DNA of 64,000 bases from the NCBI GenBank assembly GCA_944380925.1, contig CALWJD010000006.1, positions 8,395-72,394 on the forward strand, in the 5' to 3' direction. Under the pieces are notes generated by a model. The model did not search any database. It saw only the letters and a program-made list of their open reading frames with translations, and was not told the DNA's origin. This DNA comes from an uncultured Clostridia bacterium. GTDB taxonomy: Bacteria; Bacillota; Clostridia; Oscillospirales; Acutalibacteraceae. Each line of letters opens with the position of its first letter. Within the stretch, counting starts at the first letter, position 1. Shown here in pieces: positions 8,961 through 17,976 of the stretch. A program made the position numbers and the translations under genes.

Positions 8961-10322
8961 ATGTCTAAACCTGTTGTTGCGTTGGTAGGTAGACCAAATG
9001 TAGGTAAATCTACTTTGTTTAATAAACTCGTAGGCGAAAGAATTTCTATAGTTGATGATACTCCCGGAGTTACACGTGATTTTATTTATGGTGAATGTGA
9101 ATGGAGAAACAAAAAAATTTCTCTTATAGATACAGGCGGAATAGAAACCGCCAAAACAGACGATTTAATAGTAAATAAAATTCGCGCGCAAGCTGAATTT
9201 GCTATGGATTTGGCAAATGTTATTGTTTTTGTGGTTGATGTAAAATCGGGAATGGTATCTTCTGATATAGAAATTGCGCATATGCTGAAAAAATCCGGTA
9301 AGCCCGTGGTTTTGTGCGTTAATAAATCAGATAGCATAGGAAGCGAAGATTATAATTTTTTTGAATTTTATAATCTTGGCCTCGGCGACCCGATAAGAGT
9401 TTCTTCTGTGCACGGACACGGTACCGGTGATCTGCTGGATGCTGTTTTTGAATATTTATCTTTTGATGAAAACGATGAAGAACAAGAGCATATATCAGTG
9501 GCCGTCATAGGTAAGCCCAATGTTGGAAAATCTTCGCTTATTAACTACATATCAGGGTATCAAAGAAGTATGGTTTCGGATATTGCAGGTACTACGCGCG
9601 ATAATATAGATACAAAAATTTCAAATAGTTTTGGAAATTACGTTTTTATAGATACAGCAGGAATAAGAAGACGCAGTAAAGTTACAGAAAAAATTGAAAA
9701 ATATAGCATAATAAGAGCAAAACTTGCAATTGATAGATCCGATGTTTGCATAATTATCATAGATGCGAAAGAAGGAGTTACCGAGCAAGATAAAAAAGTG
9801 GCAGGGCTTGCACATGAAGCCGGAAAAGCATGTTTAATTATGGTAAACAAATGGGATGCCATAGAAAAAGACGATAAAACCATGAATGAATATAAAAAGA
9901 AAATAAAACAAGAACTGTTGTTTATTTCTTATGCACCGGTGATTTTTACGTCAGTTAAAACAGGGCAAAGGGTAAATACTATTTTTGAAAATATAAACAC
10001 AGTTTTTGAAAATAATTCAATGAGGATTTCAACCGGTGTGCTAAATGATTTACTTGCAAAAGCTATTGTAAAAACGCCACTTCCCACTCACAAAGGCAAG
10101 AGGCTTAAGATATATTATATGACTGAAGTGAGTGTTAAACCGCCGACATTTGTGTTTTTTGTAAACAAGGCAGAACTCTTTCATTTTTCATATCAGCATT
10201 ATCTTGAAAATAACTTAAGGCAAGCTTTTGGCTTTGTGGGAACTCCGATAAGGTTTATTATAAGAGAAAAATCAACCGAGAATTCAAAATCTTTGGATTT
10301 TGGGGATACACTGAGAAAATAG
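8961..10322 (+). CDS. der: ribosome-associated GTPase Der/EngA (two GTPase domains plus KH-like domain)
   Basis: Two P-loops are present (GRPNVGKST and GKPNVGKSS), along with DTGG/DTAG and NKxD motifs. A start at 8961 gives better SD spacing than 8952. Confidence 0.95.
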   Translation: MSKPVVALVGRPNVGKSTLFNKLVGERISIVDDTPGVTRDFIYGECEWRNKKISLIDTGGIETAKTDDLIVNKIRAQAEFAMDLANVIVFVVDVKSGMVSSDIEIAHMLKKSGKPVVLCVNKSDSIGSEDYNFFEFYNLGLGDPIRVSSVHGHGTGDLLDAVFEYLSFDENDEEQEHISVAVIGKPNVGKSSLINYISGYQRSMVSDIAGTTRDNIDTKISNSFGNYVFIDTAGIRRRSKVTEKIEKYSIIRAKLAIDRSDVCIIIIDAKEGVTEQDKKVAGLAHEAGKACLIMVNKWDAIEKDDKTMNEYKKKIKQELLFISYAPVIFTSVKTGQRVNTIFENINTVFENNSMRISTGVLNDLLAKAIVKTPLPTHKGKRLKIYYMTEVSVKPPTFVFFVNKAELFHFSYQHYLENNLRQAFGFVGTPIRFIIREKSTENSKSLDFGDTLRK

Positions 10323-10333
10323 GGGTTGTTTTA

Positions 10334-11029
10334 ATGTTTGGTAGTATTTACTTTTTTGAATATGCCGTTCCGGTAATTTTAATTTCTGCTATTTCATATC
10401 TTATGGGATGCATAAATACTTCTATCGTAATAACAAAAATTTTTAAACGCGGTACCGACATTCGCTTTATTGGAAGCGGAAACGCAGGATTTACAAATAC
10501 ACTGCGAACACTTGGCAAAAAAATGGCAATACTTACTTTTGCGGGTGATTTTCTTAAAGGAATTTTAGCGGTACTTATTGCAATATGGATTATATCGTTT
10601 TATCCGAACATTGCAAATGACTTTGTTGTTTATAAATGTATTTTGTGGTTTGCAGGTTCCTTGTGCGTTATCGGTCATATATATCCTTGCTTTTTCGGAT
10701 TCAAAGGTGGCAAAGGCATACTTACTGCATGGTCTGTAAGTTTATTTATTGATTGGCGTGTGTTTTTAGTATTGATTTCAGTATTTTTACTTGTATTTAT
10801 ATTTAGTCGTATAGTTTCGTTAGCTTCGGTATTTGCTGCAATTTTATATCCAATATCAACTTTTTTGCTTACCTACTTTATAGATTACAAAAATTTTGGA
10901 GATATTTATTTCTGCGCTTTTCCGACAATGTGTTCTTTGCTTATATCGATGATTGTTTTATATAAGCACAGAGGAAATATAAGAAGATTATTAAGCGGAC
11001 AAGAGAGCAAAATTACTGCTCATAAATAA
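10334..11029 (+). CDS. plsY: acyl-phosphate:glycerol-3-phosphate acyltransferase
   Basis: Polytopic membrane protein with GSGNAGFTN and GFKGGKG motifs. der-plsY is the classical gene order. Confidence 0.93.
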   Translation: MFGSIYFFEYAVPVILISAISYLMGCINTSIVITKIFKRGTDIRFIGSGNAGFTNTLRTLGKKMAILTFAGDFLKGILAVLIAIWIISFYPNIANDFVVYKCILWFAGSLCVIGHIYPCFFGFKGGKGILTAWSVSLFIDWRVFLVLISVFLLVFIFSRIVSLASVFAAILYPISTFLLTYFIDYKNFGDIYFCAFPTMCSLLISMIVLYKHRGNIRRLLSGQESKITAHK

Positions 11030-11049
11030 ATTTTAAAAGGTGATATTTT

Positions 11050-11730
11050 ATGCAATCTTATGTTATACATTTAATCCGCCACGGCATGACAGACGCAAAT
11101 ATAAAGGGTCAATATGCGGGTTCTTGGGATATTCCTGTTTGTGCTCAGGGTGAAGAAAAACTAAAAAATTTGAAAAATAGTTTTAAGTATCCGCATGTAG
11201 AAAAAATCTACACCAGCCCACTTAGCAGATGTATTCAAACTTGTGGTATTATATATTCGGGTTTCGAGCCGATTATTGTGGACGGACTCAGGGAGTGTAA
11301 TTTTGGCGATTGGGAAGGAAAAACGCCTTTCGAACTTTCCGAAGATCCAACACATTCGGAGTGGATGAAAAAAGGCAATAGTGTAATCCCGCCGAACGGC
11401 GAAAGCTGGAACGATATGTTTGAAAGAGTTTCACAGAGTTTTGAAGATATTGTAAAAACCATGATGACCGAAAAAATATTTTCATCTGCCATCTTTACGC
11501 ACGGCGGCGTAATAATGTCTATCTTATATCGGTATGGACTCCCAAAAGCGGAATTTTTGGATTGGATGGTTGAAAACGGTTGCGGATATTCAGTAAGAAT
11601 AACGCCGGGACTTTGGATGCGTGATAAAGTGTTTGAAGTTTATGATAGGCTTCCGATTGGCGCTGATGTAGAGCTTAGCGGTGGTTTAAAAAATGTAATC
11701 GATCATATGAAAAAAAGTAGAGAAAACTAA
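11050..11730 (+). CDS. histidine phosphatase (phosphoglycerate mutase) family protein
   Basis: RHG catalytic motif (LIRHGMTDAN) and a later THGGV motif. Confidence 0.8.
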   Translation: MQSYVIHLIRHGMTDANIKGQYAGSWDIPVCAQGEEKLKNLKNSFKYPHVEKIYTSPLSRCIQTCGIIYSGFEPIIVDGLRECNFGDWEGKTPFELSEDPTHSEWMKKGNSVIPPNGESWNDMFERVSQSFEDIVKTMMTEKIFSSAIFTHGGVIMSILYRYGLPKAEFLDWMVENGCGYSVRITPGLWMRDKVFEVYDRLPIGADVELSGGLKNVIDHMKKSREN

Positions 11731-11756
11731 TTTTTAAAAAGAAAGGAAGATGTTTT

Positions 11757-13580
11757 ATGAGTAATTCAGAGCATTTGAGAAATATAGCAATAATTGCGCA
11801 CGTAGACCACGGAAAAACAACTTTAGTTGACCAAATGCTCAAGCAAAGTGGTATATTTCGTACAAACGAAAGCGTTGAAGAAAGGGTTATGGATTCCAAT
11901 GATTTGGAAAGAGAGCGCGGTATTACGATTCTTTCGAAAAATACTGCCGTTATGTATAAAGATATAAAGATAAATATAGTAGATACCCCCGGCCATGCTG
12001 ATTTTGGCGGAGAAGTTGAACGTATACTTATGATGGTTGATGGCGTACTACTTTTGGTTGATGCCTTTGAAGGCTGCATGCCTCAAACAAGATTTGTTCT
12101 TAAAAAAGCTCTTAAACTTGGTAAAAAACCTATTGTTGTGGTAAATAAAATAGATAGAAACGGGGCAAGACCCGAAGAAGTTATAGATGAGGTTTTAGAT
12201 TTATTTATTGAGCTTGGTGCTGATGAAAATCAGATAGAGTTTCCTGTTGTATATGCCTCTGGAAGAAATGGATATGCTTATATAAATAGTGGCGACACTC
12301 GAGAAAATTTAAAACCGCTGTTTGAAACAATAATTAATGAAGTGCCGTGCCCTAAAGGCGATGAAAACGGTCCATTACAAGTTTTAATTTCCAATATCGA
12401 TTATGATGATTACGTAGGAAGAATAGGCGTTGGAAGGGTAGAAAGAGGAAAAGTACGCAGCGGGCAAAATGCCGTGCTTTGTACTCGTGAAGGTGAATTT
12501 AAAAACGTAAAAATAGGAAAACTTTATACGTTTGAAGGCCTTAAGCGTACGGAAACAGATGAGGCGAGTTTGGGTGAAATTATATCTATATCCGGTATAA
12601 CCGGGCTTAATATAGGTGAAACTTTATGTGATTCTGAGCATGTTGAAGCCTTGCCGTTTGTAAAAATTGATGAACCGACTGTTTCTATGAATTTTATGGT
12701 TAATAACAGCCCTTTTGCGGGTAGGGAAGGAAAATTTGTAACTTCCAGAAACGTCCGTGATAGGCTTTTTAAAGAAATTGAGACGAATGTTTCCATGAGA
12801 GTTGAAGAAACGGATTCTGCCGATACTTTTAAAGTTTCCGGTCGAGGAGAACTGCATTTATCGATACTTATTGAAACCATGCGAAGAGAAGGCTACGAAT
12901 TTCAGGTTTCAAGGCCAAAAGTTATAATGAAAGAAATTGACGGTAAACTATGTGAGCCTATGGAAATACTTAGCGTAGAAGTTCCCGAAGAATATGTGGG
13001 GACGGTAATAGAAAAAATAGGCTCCAGAAAAGCCGAGATGATAAGTATGAATCCGAAAGATGGCGGCATGACACTGCTGGAGTTTAAAGTTCCCTCAAGA
13101 GCTATAATAGGATATCGATCTGAATTTTTAACCGATACTAACGGTAAAGGCATTTTAAACCAAATGTTCGATTCTTATGAGCCGTATAAAGGAGAAATCA
13201 TTCAAAGACATCATGGTTCGCTGGTTGCTCACGAAACTGGGGTATCAACGGGATATGGTTTATTTGCTTCGCAAGACAGAGGAAGGTTATTTATCGGACC
13301 CGGTGTTGATGTTTATGAAGGTATGGTTGTAGGGTCAACTCCTAAAGTTGAAGACATTACCGTCAATGTTTGCAAGAAAAAGCATGTAACCAATATGCGT
13401 GCTGCCGGTTCGGATGAAGCTTTAAAACTAACGCCTCCGAGTATTTTAAGTCTTGAACAGTCCATAGAATTTCTTGATGATGACGAACTTTTGGAAGTAA
13501 CACCGAAAAATATAAGAATACGTAAAAAGATTCTTGATAAAACAATGAGACTCCGCAGTAAAGTGCAGAAAAACTCTTAA
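11757..13580 (+). CDS. typA: translational GTPase TypA/BipA
   Basis: RNIAIIAHVDHGKTTLVD, DTPGHADFGGEVER and NKIDR motifs; 607 aa. Confidence 0.96.
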   Translation: MSNSEHLRNIAIIAHVDHGKTTLVDQMLKQSGIFRTNESVEERVMDSNDLERERGITILSKNTAVMYKDIKINIVDTPGHADFGGEVERILMMVDGVLLLVDAFEGCMPQTRFVLKKALKLGKKPIVVVNKIDRNGARPEEVIDEVLDLFIELGADENQIEFPVVYASGRNGYAYINSGDTRENLKPLFETIINEVPCPKGDENGPLQVLISNIDYDDYVGRIGVGRVERGKVRSGQNAVLCTREGEFKNVKIGKLYTFEGLKRTETDEASLGEIISISGITGLNIGETLCDSEHVEALPFVKIDEPTVSMNFMVNNSPFAGREGKFVTSRNVRDRLFKEIETNVSMRVEETDSADTFKVSGRGELHLSILIETMRREGYEFQVSRPKVIMKEIDGKLCEPMEILSVEVPEEYVGTVIEKIGSRKAEMISMNPKDGGMTLLEFKVPSRAIIGYRSEFLTDTNGKGILNQMFDSYEPYKGEIIQRHHGSLVAHETGVSTGYGLFASQDRGRLFIGPGVDVYEGMVVGSTPKVEDITVNVCKKKHVTNMRAAGSDEALKLTPPSILSLEQSIEFLDDDELLEVTPKNIRIRKKILDKTMRLRSKVQKNS

Positions 13581-13593
13581 AATTTAAAAGTAA

Positions 13594-13626
13594 TCTCCCC
13601 GAGTATTAAGCCCGGGGAGATTTTTT
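13594..13626 (+). terminator. intrinsic terminator after typA
   Basis: Stem tctccccg / cggggaga followed by tttttt. Confidence 0.85.
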
Positions 13627-13753
13627 ATGGTAAATTCACGTTTTTACACATGATTTATTATGGCATTTACACTAACATTAAAAACCATATTGCAGAAACA
13701 TATGCTATTCTATTATAATTACAAGCGAATAAAAATAATGAGGAAGATTAACC

Positions 13754-15247
13754 TTGAAAAACAAGCTAAAAGTTTTTGTTTCACTCTTTGCGTTTTTAAG
13801 TACCATTATTTTTTGCGCTTCATTCGGCAATAAGGTGCTGGCGTCTGCTTTGGATGACGAACCCGTAGACGTAATTATTAAATACATCGATCTAACAGAC
13901 AAGCATTTAAAAAGAGAAGGCGTACCTCAGATTAAAAAAGACTATGATAATGAAGAGTTACGCTACGCACTAAGATCAATCGATAAGAATATGCCTTGGG
14001 TAAGAAAGACTTTTATTGTTATGCCCAATGAAAAAGTAAGATTTTTAAAAGATAAAGATTTAATAAGCGATAAGATAGTATACGTTAAAGATAAAGATTT
14101 AGTGGGCTTTGATAGCGCATCATGCACTGTATATGAGCTTAACCTTTGGAGAATGGGCAAATTTGGATGTTCAAAAAATTTCATATACATGAATGATGAT
14201 TATTTTATAGGTAAGCCGGTTAAGAAATCGGACTTCTTCTATGAAGAAAATGGTAAAGTTGTTCCTTATGTTCTATACAATAAAGGTCTCGGAAGAGGCA
14301 AAAACGCCGAAATTCACGCACGTTTGAGAGAACTATCACAGCAAGTAAATTCTACCAATAAAAATGCTCACTCAAGTGCAGGATTTCAGTATCAAAAGCT
14401 CTCCAGCATTGAGTTCCTCTATAATATCCTTGGCAAAAATATTATAACACCTGCCGGTGATTACCATTACTTTCCACATAATGCTCAGGGAGAAAATATA
14501 GACGAACTGAAGGAAGTTCATGATTGGATTAAAAATAAATATAAATATGCCGATGATTGCCTCCAGGCTAAGTGTAGAAGACAGCATTCGTTGGTGCAAC
14601 AAACAGTTTATACTTTTTACATACTAAATAAGTACAATAGAAAAGTTAATAATTTAAGAGGTGACTATATTGATCTGCATTGGGCGAGCTCAGCTAACCT
14701 AAATGTACCTCTCTTTTGTATAAATACCGGCGGAAATATGAATTATACAGATGCGGATTACGCTAAAGCCAGGGCAGTAATGAATAAAGCTTTTCCGATA
14801 CCCACAAAGTATGAAAAACAAGATTTAGCGGATGGTGTGTATGTCATCGAGAGTGCTTTACAGAAAAATAAAGTTTTAGATATAGCAGAGGCGAGCAGTA
14901 AAGATAATGCCAATTTACAGCTCTGGGATAGAAATGGCACAAACGCTCAGAAATTTAGAGTTAGTTACGATAAAACCAAAGGATTTTACACGATCTCACC
15001 GCTTTGTTCAGGCAAAAATTTGGGAGTAAGAGGAACAAACGCCAATATTTTGCAGTGTAATAAAAATAACAACAAAACTCAAAAATGGCATTTAATTTCT
15101 GCGGGTCGTGGCTATTTCTACATATCTTCAAACAGTAATAGCCTTTTTGCAGATGTAAGTATATCTAATACGAGAAATGGTACGAACGTTCGCTGTTGGG
15201 AACCAAACGGTACCAATGCTCAGAAGTTTAGATTTATTAGGCAATAA
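13754..15247 (+). CDS. signal-peptide-bearing Stealth-family (hexose-1-phosphoryl transferase-like) protein fused to a C-terminal ricin-B (beta-trefoil) lectin domain
   Basis: TTG start with GAGGAAG upstream, and a signal peptide (FAFLSTIIFCASFGNKVLASA). Stealth conserved regions are present: VDVIIKYIDLTD (CR1), EELRYALRSIDKNMPWVRKTFIVMP (CR2), FIYMNDDYF (CR3) and YHYFPHN (CR4). The C-terminus has three QxW-type repeats (AQKFRV, TQKWHL, AQKFRF). Confidence 0.75.
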   Translation: MKNKLKVFVSLFAFLSTIIFCASFGNKVLASALDDEPVDVIIKYIDLTDKHLKREGVPQIKKDYDNEELRYALRSIDKNMPWVRKTFIVMPNEKVRFLKDKDLISDKIVYVKDKDLVGFDSASCTVYELNLWRMGKFGCSKNFIYMNDDYFIGKPVKKSDFFYEENGKVVPYVLYNKGLGRGKNAEIHARLRELSQQVNSTNKNAHSSAGFQYQKLSSIEFLYNILGKNIITPAGDYHYFPHNAQGENIDELKEVHDWIKNKYKYADDCLQAKCRRQHSLVQQTVYTFYILNKYNRKVNNLRGDYIDLHWASSANLNVPLFCINTGGNMNYTDADYAKARAVMNKAFPIPTKYEKQDLADGVYVIESALQKNKVLDIAEASSKDNANLQLWDRNGTNAQKFRVSYDKTKGFYTISPLCSGKNLGVRGTNANILQCNKNNNKTQKWHLISAGRGYFYISSNSNSLFADVSISNTRNGTNVRCWEPNGTNAQKFRFIRQ

Positions 15248-15275
15248 CAAATTATAAATTTTAGTAAAATTTAAG

Positions 15276-15318
15276 ACAAACAACCGATCTCCAAATAGCT
15301 GACGGTTGTTTGTTTTTT
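15276..15318 (+). terminator. intrinsic terminator after the Stealth-lectin gene
   Basis: 11-bp stem acaaacaaccg / cggttgtttgt followed by ttttt. Confidence 0.85.
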
Positions 15319-15524
15319 GCAATTATAAGCCTTGTAAATTTAATTAAAATTATAGATAATAAAAATGGTTAATAATAGGGGACTATGTCTTTAGCGTACG
15401 ATTTTTGCGTATGGGAAAACCACATATTTTGCCATTATTATATGTTATATAGAAAATCTTGCGTTTGTTTGATATAATTCATTTGTCTTAGCGCAACGGA
15501 TTTAAACCTAAATGGGGGATGTAA

Positions 15525-16337
15525 ATGATTAGTTATGGATTAAAAGATAAAGTGGCTATAATTACGGGGGCAAATAATCCGCAGGGGATTGGGGCAACAA
15601 CAGCTTTTGCTTTTGCACGTGAAGGAGCAAAGCCGGTTTTGATATATAAAAAAATTCCCATGCGGTTTGATGAAAATAAAATCGATAAAAATGGACCTGA
15701 TAGATACTACAAAGCAAATTCGGGAAACGCAGATGTTGTAGAAGGTAAGCTTAAAGAAATGAATGCTGATTATATTATTTTAGAAAGCGACATTTCCGAT
15801 GAAAACTCTGTAAAGGAAATCTATTCGGCGGTTATAAAAAAATACGGGAAAATTGATATTTTGGTTAATAATGCGGCGGCGGCCGATATGGACGGTATTG
15901 ATACAATCGAAAAAATCACCCAAAATGTGATTGATGATACGTTTGCAGTCAATGTTCGAGGCAGTATTTTAATGATAAGGGAATTTATCAATCATCGCAG
16001 TGCTTATGGAAGAATTATAAATATTTCTACGGATGCATCACAGGTTTTTGCAGGTCAAATTACATATGGAGCAAGTAAGGCGGCCTTGGAAGCGCTCACT
16101 CGAAGCATTGCTCTTGAGGTAGGAAAATATGGAATCACAGTGAACTGCGTTGCACCCGGACCAACTCAAACAGGGTGGATCGATAACGATTTGGAAAAAT
16201 CGGTTGTTCCGCTAATTCCAATGGGAAAATTAATCGAGCCGGAGGATATTGCCGAAACCATTTTATTTTTGGCAAGCAAGCAATCAAAAATGCTCACGGG
16301 ACAAATAATAAAAGTTTCCGGCGGACACGCACTTTAA
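15525..16337 (+). CDS. short-chain dehydrogenase/reductase (FabG-like) oxidoreductase
   Basis: TGANNPQGIG cofactor motif, NNAA, and the YGASK catalytic YxxxK. Confidence 0.85.
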   Translation: MISYGLKDKVAIITGANNPQGIGATTAFAFAREGAKPVLIYKKIPMRFDENKIDKNGPDRYYKANSGNADVVEGKLKEMNADYIILESDISDENSVKEIYSAVIKKYGKIDILVNNAAAADMDGIDTIEKITQNVIDDTFAVNVRGSILMIREFINHRSAYGRIINISTDASQVFAGQITYGASKAALEALTRSIALEVGKYGITVNCVAPGPTQTGWIDNDLEKSVVPLIPMGKLIEPEDIAETILFLASKQSKMLTGQIIKVSGGHAL

Positions 16338-16396
16338 TTTGTAATTTACCTATTATATAAATGGTATTTACCAATATTGTAAGTTCCATAAGCATG

Positions 16397-16430
16397 AAAA
16401 CTCCCTGTGCCAAAAAACACAGGGAGTAAA
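16397..16430 (-). terminator. intrinsic terminator after the lipoprotein gene (may also serve the SDR gene)
   Basis: Stem ctccctgtg / cacagggag. A T-run follows on the minus strand (aaaa on the plus strand at 16397-16400). Confidence 0.7.
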
Positions 16431-16481
16431 TTTGGTAAAAATATTTAATTAACCTTCATTTTTTATTTCATTATCCTGTCC

Positions 16482-17054
16482 TTATTCGTTTGAATTTTGT
16501 TGCTGATCTGCATTTTCGTTCGTGATAGCATCCGGATGTTCGGATTTTAGCTTATCATAAAGTTGTTGTTGATTTAAAGATTTTAACTCATCAACTGCAC
16601 TTTGATTCGATAGCATGTAAATCGTATTGTCTTGGACGTCTATGGAAACATAGTCTTTTTTAGCTTGTTCGTCATCTTTGAGGCTATCGTATGCTTTTTG
16701 TGCGGCTTCTTTACTGTCATATGTTCTTGCAACTTCTATATTTTGTAAAGTTCCGTCTTTGTAATAGTAATAAGTATCGTTTTTATATTCGCCGTTATTA
16801 TGAACTAAAGATACGCCGTCGTTTTCGTTGGTCAACATGAATTTTCCTTTTTCGAGATTGTCTACGGAAATCATGTTTTTGGTGTTCTGATCGTTATCAT
16901 CATCTGTATCTTGTTCTACCACTGCGCTGTTATCGTTTGCATCGGGTACAACAGTTCCGACATTTTCTCCGGAGGTTTCATTCTTATTTCCGCATCCGGC
17001 CAGAGCTGAAACCAACAATGCAATGATCGCCATAGATAAAAACTTCTTTTTCAT
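16482..17054 (-). CDS. hypothetical lipoprotein
   Basis: MKKKFLSMAIIALLVSALAGC lipobox. The mature part is acidic, Asp/Asn/Gln-rich. The likely start is at 17054. Confidence 0.7.
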   Translation of the reverse strand: MKKKFLSMAIIALLVSALAGCGNKNETSGENVGTVVPDANDNSAVVEQDTDDDNDQNTKNMISVDNLEKGKFMLTNENDGVSLVHNNGEYKNDTYYYYKDGTLQNIEVARTYDSKEAAQKAYDSLKDDEQAKKDYVSIDVQDNTIYMLSNQSAVDELKSLNQQQLYDKLKSEHPDAITNENADQQQNSNE

Positions 17055-17212
17055 AAAAATTCCTCCTATATAAACTACATTAGTATACATTATATATATT
17101 AATTTTGTGGTGTCAATAGTTTTATGTGTAAAAAAATTATTAAAATATTGTTTTGATGTAAAATATTAAAAATGATATAATAAAACTATTATACTATTTC
17201 ATGGGAGATTTT

Positions 17213-17857
17213 ATGACTAATACAGAAAAAGCAATGTTTGTGGTTAAGGAGTTAAAAAAAGCCTATCCAACTCCGAGATGTACCCTTAATTTTTCAAATC
17301 CGTTAGAGTTGTTAATAGCAATAAGACTTTCAGCGCAGTGTACGGATGAGCGAGTTAATAAAGTAACACCTGCCTTATTTTCAAATTATCGTACTTTGGA
17401 GGATTTTGCGAGCGCCAAACCGAAGGATATAGAAAAATACATATACTCATGTGGGTTTTATAAAACAAAATCAGAAAATATAGTTAATATGTGTAAAGAT
17501 ATAATAAATGGATTTGGCGGAAGAATTCCCGATAATATGGAGGGTCTTCTTTCTTTGCCCGGAATCGGACGAAAAACGGCAAATTTATTTTTAGGAGAAG
17601 TTTATGGTAAAGCTGCGCTTGTGGTGGACACGCACTTTACAAAGGTTACCAAGCGAGTTGGATTTCATGATACAAAAGATCCATTCAAAATTGAAATGAT
17701 CATGTTAAATTATATTCCACCGGAAGAATCACTGAATTTCTGTCACAGAGTAGTAGAACACGGAAGAAAAATTTGTACGGCACATTCTCCAGATTGTAAT
17801 TTGTGCTGTATAAAAAAAGTTTGTAATTATTTTAAAAATATGCCCAAAAGCAGTTAA
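17213..17857 (+). CDS. nth: endonuclease III (HhH-GPD DNA glycosylase with a 4Fe-4S cluster)
   Basis: The HhH motif LPGIGRKTANLFL and the C-terminal Cys cluster CTAHSPDCNLCCIKKVC are present. The alternative start is 17201. Confidence 0.9.
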   Translation: MTNTEKAMFVVKELKKAYPTPRCTLNFSNPLELLIAIRLSAQCTDERVNKVTPALFSNYRTLEDFASAKPKDIEKYIYSCGFYKTKSENIVNMCKDIINGFGGRIPDNMEGLLSLPGIGRKTANLFLGEVYGKAALVVDTHFTKVTKRVGFHDTKDPFKIEMIMLNYIPPEESLNFCHRVVEHGRKICTAHSPDCNLCCIKKVCNYFKNMPKSS

Positions 17858-17909
17858 ATTGCGCTGTGTGTTGTGATATAGATAAGTGAAACCAGATTTA
17901 ACAGAGTGT

Positions 17910-17938
17910 TTGACTTTTTGTAATGAATGTGTTACAAT
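17910..17938 (+). promoter_or_regulatory. near-consensus sigma-A promoter of the 17977 orphan gene
   Basis: TTGACT, exactly 17 nt, TACAAT, preceded by a TGn extended -10. AAGGAGGA lies 6 nt before the ATG. Confidence 0.7.
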
Positions 17939-17976
17939 AATGGTGAAAAGGCATTCAAAACAAGGAGGAAATACTT

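Noticed and set aside
15319-15524. A roughly 200-nt non-coding gap upstream of the SDR gene, examined for a riboswitch or small RNA (SRP, 6S or tRNA-like).
   Set aside because: I could recognise no conserved riboswitch or sRNA core motifs and no convincing extended helices. It is probably just promoter and leader sequence. A covariance-model scan would be needed to be sure.
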